The notes under the pieces are model-generated. The model was not told where the DNA came from, made no database searches, and saw only the letters and a program-made list of their open reading frames with translations. Both the position numbers and the translations under genes were made by a program. Shown piece by piece: positions 35,917-44,040 of a DNA stretch of 64,000 nt (position 1 is the first letter of the stretch; the number at the start of each line of letters is the position of its first letter). Source of the stretch: Oscillospiraceae bacterium (GTDB lineage Bacteria > Bacillota > Clostridia > Oscillospirales > Oscillospiraceae); NCBI GenBank assembly GCA_902774015.1, contig CACYHB010000004.1, forward strand, positions 20,299-84,298, read 5' to 3'.

Positions 35917-36588
35917 TTATTCGCCCGGCGCGTCCTCATCGCCCATCTGACGCATGCGGTCGCGGGCGTTCTCCACGTGCCTGGTCATGGCGGCGTTCGC
36001 CGCGGCGCCGTCTCTGGCGCTCAGCGCCGCCAGGATCGCCTCGTGCTCCTCCACCGACTGGAGCGCGCGGCTGTGCTTGCTGACCGAGGCCATGCGGAAC
36101 TTGGTCATCTTCTTGTGCAGGTTCAGCAGCGTGTCCGTCAGCGCCCGGCTGCCGCAGGCCCGGTAGACCATCTCATGGAAGCGGGAGTCCAGATTTTTGA
36201 TCTCATCGGAATGGCCGCCCTTGGGCCGCTCGGTATAGAAACGCTGCAGATCCAGAATATCGCGGATCTGGCCCAGCTCCTCATCCGTGATGCGCGCAGC
36301 CGCCCACTCGGCGGCCAGGCCCTCGATACGGATGCGGATCTCGTACATATCCAGCATGTCCTGCCGGGAAATACCCACCACGGTGACGCCCCGGCCGGCC
36401 TCCTCCAGGATGTTCTCCTGCTCCAGCCGGCGGATGGCCTCACGGATCGGGGTCCGGCTCACGCCCAGCTCCTCCGACAGGCGCAGCTCCGTCAAAAGCT
36501 CGCCCCGGGCATACTTGCCGGAGAGGATATCCCGTTCCAGCTGCTCAAAGATCTGATCTGCAATGGAGATACTCTTGCGCTCTTTCAT
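35917..36588 (-). CDS. GntR-family (FadR/FCD subfamily) transcriptional regulator
   Basis: Start at the ATG at 36588 (MKERKSISIADQIFEQLERDILSGKYARGELLTELRLSEELGVSRTPIREAIRRL) followed by an FCD domain. The ORF extension to 36909 is non-coding leader. Confidence 0.85.
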   Translation of the reverse strand: MKERKSISIADQIFEQLERDILSGKYARGELLTELRLSEELGVSRTPIREAIRRLEQENILEEAGRGVTVVGISRQDMLDMYEIRIRIEGLAAEWAAARITDEELGQIRDILDLQRFYTERPKGGHSDEIKNLDSRFHEMVYRACGSRALTDTLLNLHKKMTKFRMASVSKHSRALQSVEEHEAILAALSARDGAAANAAMTRHVENARDRMRQMGDEDAPGE

Positions 36589-36622
36589 GTTCTTTCCTTT
36601 CGCCGGGCTCCCTGCTCTCGTG

Positions 36623-36636
36623 AATTGTATACAATT
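36623..36636. promoter_or_regulatory. perfect 14-bp palindrome, candidate GntR autoregulatory operator
   Basis: AATTGTATACAATT with a GT-N-AC core. It lies 35-48 nt upstream of the GntR ATG and overlaps the predicted -10. Confidence 0.6.
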
Positions 36637-36661
36637 ATACACTTTTATTTTGATTTGTCCA
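36634..36661 (-). promoter_or_regulatory. sigma-A type promoter for the GntR gene
   Basis: Reverse strand reads TGGACA (36661-36656), a 16-nt spacer, then TATAAT (36639-36634). Confidence 0.5.
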
Positions 36662-36791
36662 GACCTTTCTTTGCATTTCGTCCCATGATTTTTCAGATGA
36701 AATGAAAACGCCCTATTTTCTCCGGCAGAGCTGCCGCAGGCCTGCGGGACGCGCCGACGGAGCGGCTCCGCCCGCGGCAGGCGCGGATCGT

Positions 36792-36842
36792 TCCGAAACG
36801 AAAACGCCGCCGGTTCATCCTTGGCTTTGAACCGGCGGCGTT
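36792..36842 (-). terminator. rho-independent terminator after the Cache-PP2C gene
   Basis: AACGCCGCCGGTTCA, a 10-nt loop, TGAACCGGCGGCGTT. On the reverse strand it is followed by TTCGTTTCGG. Confidence 0.75.
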
Positions 36843-36848
36843 CTTTTG

Positions 36849-39044
36849 TTACAGCTCTGCGGTTTCCCCGATCCGGGGCACCTCCGCGGGGCCTCTGTAT
36901 TCCACGCACAGCATCGTAAGGTCGTCAAACTGCTCGGCGTCCTTCACATAGGAATCCACTGCCTGCCGCACGTTCTTCAGGATCTGCTCCGCCGGCGCGC
37001 CGGGGTCTTTGTTGAGCGCTTCCAGCATGCGCTGCGTGCCGAACATGGCGCCCTCCGCGTCCATGGCCTCGGGGACCCCGTCCGTATAGAGGAAGATCTT
37101 GGCGCCGGGCTGCAGCCGGAGTTCATATTCTCTGTAGGAGATCCCATCCATCCCGCCGATGACGAAGCCGTGCCTGTCTTTGACAAGCTCGAATGCGTCC
37201 TTTTCGCTTTTCTTCAGCACCGGGTATTCGTGGCCCGCATTCGCCGCCGTCAGCTTTCCGGTAGACAGCTCCAGGATCCCGACCCAGGCAGTTACGAACA
37301 TCTCCTCTTGATTGTTGGAGCAGATGGCCGTGTTGGTTTTGGTAAGGATCTCCGCCGGAGACTGCCCCAGCATGGCGCAGCTCTGCAGGATGATCTTGGA
37401 GGCCATCATAAACAGCGCCGCCGGCACGCCCTTGCCGGAAACGTCCGCGATGACCATGCACAGGTGATCCTCGTCCACGAGGAAGAAATCGTAGAAATCG
37501 CCGCCGACCTCCTTGGCCGGGTCCATGCTGGCGTAGATATCGAGCTCGGAGCGGCCCGGGAAGGGCGGAAAGATATGCGGCATCATGGCCGACTGGATCC
37601 TGGTCGCCAGCGAGAGCTCTGTGCTGATCCGCTCCTTCTCCGCCGTGATCGCCGTGATCTGGCTGATATACTGCTTGGTTTTTTTCGACAGATCGTCAAA
37701 GGACTCCGCCAGCACCTCGATCTCATCGTCCGTCCGGTAGCAGTCCTTCATCCTGAACAGATCCCCGGTCCGGCTGCTCCTGGCGATGTCCCGGGTCATT
37801 TCCTCGATGGGATCGACGATTTTTTTCGCCGACCGCAGCGCTATGAGGGAGGAGAGAAAAAACACCGCGAGGAGGATCAGCAGGCTGGTCTGCTTGAGGC
37901 GGCCGGTGCCGTCGTTAAACTTCCGGCTGGATTCGGCATTGATCCTGTCGTATTCCTCCAGCAGCGTCTTCTCCGGGATCTCGGTCCGTTCTCTGTCCAC
38001 GGCGTTGATGACGGCCCAGCCCACCGTCGGCATGGGAGTGCCGACCATATAATACTCCCGTCCGTCAACGGCGATCAGGGCAAGCTCCGTCTCCGCGCTC
38101 AGCGCCTGCCCGGCAAAGCGCGCGAAATCCTCCCCCTGTGCGTGCTGCTCCGCACCGACGCTCCCGGCGTCTGCGGCAAAAACGCCCTCGCTTTCCGAGG
38201 AGAGGATGATCTCTCCCCGTTCGTCGATCAGGAAAATGGAGCCGCCCCCTTCCGAAGCGGTGCCCAGGAAATCGTTCATGCTCTCCATCACGATGTCGAG
38301 CCCGACGACGCCGATCAGCTCGCCCTCGGCGTACACCGGCGCCGAACAGGTTATCAGGATCTCTCCGGTGAAGGCGTCCTCCAGCATACTTGTGAAATGC
38401 AGCTCGCCGCTTTCTGCCGCGCCCGTATACCAGGGCCGCTGCCGCACCGGAAAGGGGATCAGGTTCCCGTTTTCATCCAGCTTCGCGGCAGGCTTCTCGT
38501 CCACGCAGAGGTCAGTGCCGTCGGCAAAGCCGATATAGACCCCGTCGATCTTATCCGAATTGCTGAGCATGGCGATCATGGGGCTGCTCAGATGCGCGGC
38601 GATCCCGAGATAGGGCGACTGCGTGTAATCCACGCCCTGCTCGCAAAGCACCATGGCAGAGGGGATGCCGTCCAGGGCGGGATCCGGCAGCCCGAAAGAG
38701 ACAGGCTTCAGGCTGGCACGGTTTTCAAAGAGGCCCTGCGCCATGGTCTGGAGCATTCTGGCGTCGCTCACGACTTCGGCGAAATCGTTGTCGGCGATCG
38801 TCGCCTCCATCCGGCTTGCCTGCACCATGGCGCTGGTCAGCATGGAGTGCATGGTCTCCTGCGAGGTGCGGGAGATGGCCTGCTGCTGCATGGTCCTGGC
38901 CTCGCCCACGATGGAGGAAAGCCGCCTGTTCTGATAGGCCGACACTCCCGCAAACACGGCAGCCGCGGTAACCAGCACGGTCAGCACCAGGCCGATCAAT
39001 CGGCGCTGAAGTCCGCCGAATGTGATTCCCAATATCTTCTTCAT
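36849..39044 (-). CDS. membrane sensor PP2C phosphatase: TM, double-Cache-like ectodomain, TM, HAMP, SpoIIE/RsbU-type PP2C
   Basis: 731 aa. Cache-like PWYTGAAESGELHFTSMLEDAFTGEILITCSAPVYAEGELIGVVGLDI. PP2C domain GGDFYDFFLVDEDHLCMVIADVSGKGVPAALFM...FLYTDGVPEA...DDLTMLCVEY. Confidence 0.85.
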   Translation of the reverse strand: MKKILGITFGGLQRRLIGLVLTVLVTAAAVFAGVSAYQNRRLSSIVGEARTMQQQAISRTSQETMHSMLTSAMVQASRMEATIADNDFAEVVSDARMLQTMAQGLFENRASLKPVSFGLPDPALDGIPSAMVLCEQGVDYTQSPYLGIAAHLSSPMIAMLSNSDKIDGVYIGFADGTDLCVDEKPAAKLDENGNLIPFPVRQRPWYTGAAESGELHFTSMLEDAFTGEILITCSAPVYAEGELIGVVGLDIVMESMNDFLGTASEGGGSIFLIDERGEIILSSESEGVFAADAGSVGAEQHAQGEDFARFAGQALSAETELALIAVDGREYYMVGTPMPTVGWAVINAVDRERTEIPEKTLLEEYDRINAESSRKFNDGTGRLKQTSLLILLAVFFLSSLIALRSAKKIVDPIEEMTRDIARSSRTGDLFRMKDCYRTDDEIEVLAESFDDLSKKTKQYISQITAITAEKERISTELSLATRIQSAMMPHIFPPFPGRSELDIYASMDPAKEVGGDFYDFFLVDEDHLCMVIADVSGKGVPAALFMMASKIILQSCAMLGQSPAEILTKTNTAICSNNQEEMFVTAWVGILELSTGKLTAANAGHEYPVLKKSEKDAFELVKDRHGFVIGGMDGISYREYELRLQPGAKIFLYTDGVPEAMDAEGAMFGTQRMLEALNKDPGAPAEQILKNVRQAVDSYVKDAEQFDDLTMLCVEYRGPAEVPRIGETAEL

Positions 39045-39202
39045 GTTTCTTCCTCCGCTTGTGTTCTGCCAACAGGAGGTCCGGTGTCTCCCCGGAACCT
39101 CGATGCAGCGCTGTCCTTCCGCTATGCTTATTTATTTATTTTTTCATGTTTCCGGTTTCTTGTCAAGGAAAAACAGATTCTTGAGCTTTTGTGCCTTTTT
39201 TC

Positions 39203-39231
39203 TTGTCGCCCGGCAAACTTGATGGTATAAT
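39203..39231 (+). promoter_or_regulatory. sigma-A type promoter for the propeller-PP2C gene
   Basis: TTGTCG (39203-39208), a 17-nt spacer, then TATAAT (39226-39231). Confidence 0.55.
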
Positions 39232-39313
39232 TAAATTTGACTTATTATCGGGTTCGGACGCTTCTCCGTTCTCCCTTCGGACACCCTTTGGATCCCATAT
39301 GAGGTGAAATCAC

Positions 39314-42300
39314 ATGTTTTGCTTTTGCAAGGACGGCGGGTTTTCCCGCCGCGGAATGATACGCAGTCTGAGTTGTTTTGGGCTGGTGCTTGTCTGTCTG
39401 CTTTTCTGTGCCGTTTCCGGTTTCTGTGAAACCGGAGAAGAAGCGGCGGATCGATCCCCCGTCCTGGTGGATCCCGTCGGCCGGCCGGACAGCTGCTGCC
39501 CGGTGCTGTATGACAATACCAACGGGCTGCCCACCTCCGAGGCCAACGCCATCGCCGAAACCAGCGACGGCTTCATCTGGATCGGAAGCTACAGCGGCCT
39601 GATCCGCTACGACGGCAGCAACTTTGTCCGCATGAACTCTTCCAGCGGTATTGCCAACGTGGTCAGCCTCCTGGTGGACAGCCGCGAGCGGCTCTGGATC
39701 GGCACCAACGACAGCGGCGTGGCGGTGATGGAGCATGACAGGTTTCGCATGTGGAGCACCGCGGACGGTCTCCCCTCCCCCAAGACCTGCGACATTGCCG
39801 AGAGCGGGGACGGCACCCTCTATGTGGGTACCGCCGAGGGACTCGTCACCATCGGCGAGGATATGGAGCTCCATCCCCTTACCGATCCGCAGATCGCCGG
39901 GATCTACGTGGAGGCGCTGCGCACGGGCAGCGACGGAAAGATCTACGGCGTCAGCAGCATGGGCGATCTGTTCGTGCTCTCCGACGGAGCGCTTGAGTTT
40001 TTCATGGCCAGCGGAGAGAGTCCCATCGGCGGCATCACCCAGCTTCTTCCGGACCCGGAGGATCCTGGCTGTGTCTATCTGTCCACCGATAAGGCCGAGA
40101 TCGTGTACTGCCGCCTGGGCGAGTCCCTGCAGATCCAGCGCGTCGACAGCATTTATCCGATCAACAGCGTCATCGACCTCCGGCAGATCGACGGTCGGCT
40201 ATGGATCTGCGCCAGAAACGGCATTGCCGCACTGGATGCCGACGGCTTCCATATGCTTGATTCCCTGCCGCTCAAGAATTCTGTCTGCCATGTGATGGCA
40301 GATTACGAGGGCAACCTCTGGTTCACCTCTACCCGGCAGGGGGTCATGAAGCTGGTGCCGAACCGCTTTTCGGACGTGTTCGAGCGCTGGTCTCTGCCGG
40401 AAACCGTGGTCAACTCCACCTGCATGCTGGATGGGCAGCTTTTTGTCGCGACCGATACCGGGCTGATCGTGATCGGGGAACAGGGTCCGCTCTCCGAGCT
40501 GCCGATCACGGAAGCCGGAACAGCCTCCGGCGCGGAGCTTGCCATTACGGATCTGCTGACCGCTCTGCAGGGCGTCCGCATCCGCTCCATCCTGCGGGAC
40601 AGCCGCGATCGTCTCTGGATCTCCACCTGGCGGGGCGAAGGTCTGCTCCGTTATGAGCAGGGCACGATCACCGCTTTCAGTCTGGCGGAGGGTCTGCTCA
40701 GCGACCACGTCAGGGCGGTCTGCGAGCGGGAGGACGGCTCCATGCTGGTGGTCAACTCCGGCGGCGTCAACGTCATCGAAGGGGACCGGGTCATCGCCGG
40801 CTACGGCCGGGAGGACGGCATTCTGAACACCGAAAGCCTTACCGTGTCCTACGCCGATAACGGCGACATTCTCCTGGGCTCCAACGGCGGCGGCATCTAC
40901 GTCATCCACGAGGGGAGCGTGCGCACCGTCGGTGCGGAAGAGGGTCTGAGTTCCGGCATCGTCATGCGTATCCGCCGCGACCCGGCCCACGGCGTCTTCT
41001 GGCTCGTGACCAGCAACGCCATCGCCTATATGGATGAGGACTACAACGTGACCACGGTCCGCAGCTTCCCCTATTCCAACAACTTCGACCTCTACGAGAA
41101 CAGCAGCGGCGACATGTGGATCCTCAGCAGCAACGGCATCTACGTCCTGCCCACCGAGGATCTGCTGGCGGATCGGGCAGAAGCTCCCGTCCATTACGGT
41201 CTGGGCAACGGCATGCCCTGCACCGCCACCAGCAACTCCTACAGCGCCCTGACGGAAGACGGAGATCTGTACATCGCCGGCAGCCGGAGCGTCGTAAAGG
41301 TCAACGTCGACTCGCCCATGGAGATCGTGAGCGATCTGAAGGTCTCCGTTCCCTTCCTGGAGGCGGACGGCGAGCGGGTCTACCCGGAAGCGGACGGCTC
41401 CTTCAAGCTCTCCCCTTCCGTACATAAAGTGACGATCTACAGCTACGTGTTCAACTACTCCCTGTCCGATCCGCTGGTGAGCTATCGTCTGGAGGGCTTT
41501 GACCCGGGTTCTGTGACCGTGAGCCGCAAGGACCTTGTCCCCGTGGATTACACGAACCTGCCCGGCGGGACTTATGACTTCGTCATGGAGCTGCAGGACT
41601 CCCAGCACCTGAGCAGCAAAACCGTTTCCGTCCGGATCGTTAAGGCCAAGAAGCTGCTGGAGCAGCCTGCCTTCTATACGATGATCTCTCTGGTCTCGAT
41701 CCTGGCCCTGGTTGCCGGGATCCAGGCGTATCTCAACAAAAAGACGCAGATGATGGAGGCCAGGAACCGGGAAGCCATCAAGCAGACGCAGCTCAACACC
41801 GAGCTGAAGATGGCGAGCAGGATCCAGGCCAGCATGCTGCCCCACGAATTCCCGCCTTTCCCGGACCGGACGGAATTTGACGTCTACGCCTCCATGGACC
41901 CGGCGCGTGAAGTCGGCGGCGACTTCTATGACTTTTATCTGATCGACGAGGACCATCTCTGCCTTGTGATCGCCGACGTCAGCGGCAAGGGCATCCCCGC
42001 CTCGCTGTATATGATGATCTCCAAGGTCATCGTGCAGAGCTGCGCCATGCTGGGCAGATCCGCGGCCGACATCCTGACCAAGACCAACGAGGCCCTCAGC
42101 TCCAACAATCAGATGGAGATGTTCGTCACCGCCTGGGTGGGGATCCTGGAGATCAGCACCGGCCGGATCACCGCGGCCAACGCCGGGCATGAGTATCCCG
42201 CCCTGATGAAGAACGGCCGCTTTGAACTGCTGAAGGACAAGCACGGCTTTGTCATCGGCGGGATGGAGGGCATCCAGTATAAGGAATATGAGCTTCAGCT

Positions 42301-42553
42301 GGAGCCAGGAGACAAGCTGTTTGTGTATACCGACGGCGTTCCGGAGGCGACGGACGCGGAGAACCGCATGTTCGGTACGGACCGGATGCTCGAGGCGCTG
42401 AACACCGCGCCGGGCAGTTCTCCAAAGGAGCTCCTGACCCGTGTCAGCAGCGCGATAGAACGCTTTGTCGGCGGCGCAGAGCAGTTTGACGATACGACCA
42501 TGCTCTGCATGGAGTACAAAGGCTGCGCCGGCACGAAGGCGGAAGAGGCCTGA
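39314..42553 (+). CDS. membrane sensor PP2C phosphatase: two-component-regulator propeller repeats, Y_Y_Y-like domain, TM, SpoIIE/RsbU-type PP2C
   Basis: 1079 aa with GAGGTGA as ribosome-binding site. Repeated Reg_prop-type motifs (SDGFIWIGSYSGLIRYDG, RERLWIGTNDSGVAV, GTLYVGTAEGLV, EGNLWFTSTRQGVMK, RDRLWISTWRGEGLLRY...). TM helix FYTMISLVSILALVAGIQAYL. PP2C domain GGDFYDFYLIDEDHLCLVIADVSGKGIPASLYM...FVYTDGVPEA...DDTTMLCMEY. Confidence 0.85.
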   Translation: MFCFCKDGGFSRRGMIRSLSCFGLVLVCLLFCAVSGFCETGEEAADRSPVLVDPVGRPDSCCPVLYDNTNGLPTSEANAIAETSDGFIWIGSYSGLIRYDGSNFVRMNSSSGIANVVSLLVDSRERLWIGTNDSGVAVMEHDRFRMWSTADGLPSPKTCDIAESGDGTLYVGTAEGLVTIGEDMELHPLTDPQIAGIYVEALRTGSDGKIYGVSSMGDLFVLSDGALEFFMASGESPIGGITQLLPDPEDPGCVYLSTDKAEIVYCRLGESLQIQRVDSIYPINSVIDLRQIDGRLWICARNGIAALDADGFHMLDSLPLKNSVCHVMADYEGNLWFTSTRQGVMKLVPNRFSDVFERWSLPETVVNSTCMLDGQLFVATDTGLIVIGEQGPLSELPITEAGTASGAELAITDLLTALQGVRIRSILRDSRDRLWISTWRGEGLLRYEQGTITAFSLAEGLLSDHVRAVCEREDGSMLVVNSGGVNVIEGDRVIAGYGREDGILNTESLTVSYADNGDILLGSNGGGIYVIHEGSVRTVGAEEGLSSGIVMRIRRDPAHGVFWLVTSNAIAYMDEDYNVTTVRSFPYSNNFDLYENSSGDMWILSSNGIYVLPTEDLLADRAEAPVHYGLGNGMPCTATSNSYSALTEDGDLYIAGSRSVVKVNVDSPMEIVSDLKVSVPFLEADGERVYPEADGSFKLSPSVHKVTIYSYVFNYSLSDPLVSYRLEGFDPGSVTVSRKDLVPVDYTNLPGGTYDFVMELQDSQHLSSKTVSVRIVKAKKLLEQPAFYTMISLVSILALVAGIQAYLNKKTQMMEARNREAIKQTQLNTELKMASRIQASMLPHEFPPFPDRTEFDVYASMDPAREVGGDFYDFYLIDEDHLCLVIADVSGKGIPASLYMMISKVIVQSCAMLGRSAADILTKTNEALSSNNQMEMFVTAWVGILEISTGRITAANAGHEYPALMKNGRFELLKDKHGFVIGGMEGIQYKEYELQLEPGDKLFVYTDGVPEATDAENRMFGTDRMLEALNTAPGSSPKELLTRVSSAIERFVGGAEQFDDTTMLCMEYKGCAGTKAEEA

Positions 42554-42652
42554 GCTTCTTTGCCGAATTGTGTCAGCGCTCCTCGGCTTGAAAAGAATAC
42601 AATGGTTTCTAACTTGTTCGCAGACGCTTAGCTGCGTAGATGCGCCCCCCTA

Positions 42653-42685
42653 TCTTTCTTTTCGGTACTTGCCCGAAAAGAAAGA
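42653..42685. other. perfect 13-bp hairpin inside a 380-bp non-coding gap
   Basis: TCTTTCTTTTCGG-TACTTGC-CCGAAAAGAAAGA. Confidence 0.6.
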
Positions 42686-42880
42686 CAGCGCCGCGCCCGG
42701 TGTAAGAAAGAAAAGGGCGCTTCCAAGGACGCCGTATTTTATGCGCCGCGCCGTTCGCGGAATGGCTTCGCTTCGCTCACGCCGCTCCCCGGACGCAAGA
42801 CCAACGGGCTGCAGGAACTTACGGAGTACAATCCTTCTTCAACACTTCCACAGAGCTGCAGCGTCGTTTCCACAGATACA

Positions 42881-42914
42881 GAAACAGGCCCGACCGTTCG
42901 GTCGGGCCTGTTTC
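42881..42914. terminator. bidirectional terminator closing the hydrogenase operon and the propeller-PP2C transcript
   Basis: Perfect 15-bp stem GAAACAGGCCCGACC-GTTC-GGTCGGGCCTGTTTC. It is followed by CTGTTGCTTGTTTT on the + strand and TGTATCTGTGG on the - strand. Confidence 0.75.
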
Positions 42915-42931
42915 CTGTTGCTTGTTTTAGT

Positions 42932-43585
42932 TTACATAATAATTGCTTTCTTGGGGCAGACGGAGGCGCAGGTGCCGCAGCCGACGCAGACGTCCTCGTC
43001 CAGCGCCCAGGTCTTGGCCGCACGGTCGACCGTCAGCGCTCCGGCGGGGCACTTGCGGGCGCAGATCGTGCAGTAGACGCATTTGGAGGGATCCTGGACG
43101 GGCTTGCCGTCGTCCCGGGGCTTGGGCGCCTCGGCTGGCGCCGCCGTCTCGCCGGCGGCAGGGGCGGCAGGAGCCGCCGCGGGCGCGGCGGGCTTGGGCG
43201 GGACCGCTTTCTTCACCGGCGGCTTCTTGATGAAGGTGCCGGAGACGATCAGGTCCTCCTCCTTGGTGGCGATCATGTGGTAATCCTGCGTCAGCTGGAT
43301 GGCGCCGTGGTTGCAGAAATCCTGGCAGTGAGCGCAGAAGGTGCAGCAGCCGAGGTTGAAGCTGCGGGTGATCTTATCGCCTTCCTCGGTCTTTTCCACG
43401 GTGTGTGTGATAGCGCCGCCGCAGCAGACGCGTTCGCACATCAGGCAGTTGATGCACTTGCTGGGGTCAAAGGAAATGCGGCCGCGGTAGCGGGGCGCGG
43501 CAATGCTCTCCACCGCCGGATACATGGCGCAGCTGGGCTTGGAGAAGAGCTGGGAAATGGCTTCTTTCACAAACGGGAAATCCAT
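42932..43585 (-). CDS. mbhN: hydrogenase ferredoxin-like subunit (NuoI/MbhN type) extended by a Pro/Ala linker and a second 2x[4Fe-4S] domain
   Basis: Start at 43585 (MDFPFVKEAISQLF), overlapping the upstream stop codon (TAATG). Cluster motifs are CINCLMCERVC, CTFCAHCQDFC, a linker KKPPVKKAVPPKPAAPAAAPAAPAAGETAAPAEAPKP, then CVYCTICARKCP and CVGCGTCASVCP. Confidence 0.8.
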   Translation of the reverse strand: MDFPFVKEAISQLFSKPSCAMYPAVESIAAPRYRGRISFDPSKCINCLMCERVCCGGAITHTVEKTEEGDKITRSFNLGCCTFCAHCQDFCNHGAIQLTQDYHMIATKEEDLIVSGTFIKKPPVKKAVPPKPAAPAAAPAAPAAGETAAPAEAPKPRDDGKPVQDPSKCVYCTICARKCPAGALTVDRAAKTWALDEDVCVGCGTCASVCPKKAIIM

Positions 43586-44028
43586 TACTTCATTGCCCTC
43601 CTTTTCTCCTGCAGGATCTGGGTGGCCAGCGCCAGACCGTCGATGACGGCTTCGGGCTTGGGCGTGCAGCCTGCCACGTCCACGTCCACGTGCACGTACT
43701 TGGACAGCGGCCCGCAGATGGAGTAGCTGCCGCGGAACACGTTGCCGCTCTGGGGGCAGGAGCCCATGGTCACGATGCATCTCGGTTCGGGCACCTGCTC
43801 GATGGAGCGCAGCACGCGGGGCAGGGACTGGGCCGTGATGGGCCCGGTGACTACGACGATGTCGGCATGGCGGGGGCTGCCCGAGAGCTTGAAGCCCAGG
43901 CGCTCCGCGTCATAGCGCGGGGTGAGAACGCTCACCAGCTCGATATCGCAGCCGTTGCAGGAGCCGGCGTTGATGTGGAAGAGCCACGGGGATTTGCCGG
44001 TGCTCTCTTCGATCAATTTCTTAAACAT
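43585..44028 (-). CDS. mbhJ: group 4 [NiFe] hydrogenase small subunit (NuoB/HycG type)
   Basis: 147 aa. Contains GSCNGCDIE, MGSCPQSG and VAGCTPKPE. Confidence 0.9.
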   Translation of the reverse strand: MFKKLIEESTGKSPWLFHINAGSCNGCDIELVSVLTPRYDAERLGFKLSGSPRHADIVVVTGPITAQSLPRVLRSIEQVPEPRCIVTMGSCPQSGNVFRGSYSICGPLSKYVHVDVDVAGCTPKPEAVIDGLALATQILQEKRRAMK

Positions 44029-44040
44029 AGAGGCACCTCC

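Noticed and set aside
35917-36909. N-terminal ORF extensions. Cases: GntR to 36909, Mrp ATPase to 30172, hypE to 52914, mbhN to 43780, ecfA1 to 9594, ispG to 23691, cbp from 60300
   Set aside because: The extensions run through promoter, terminator or upstream-gene sequence and are Arg/Pro-rich. Internal ATGs with Shine-Dalgarno sequences coincide with the family-typical N-termini.
36846-39230. 794-aa forward-strand ORF, plus the similar 40199-42244 reverse-strand ORF
   Set aside because: Both are antisense to the two sensor PP2C genes and have no motifs of their own.
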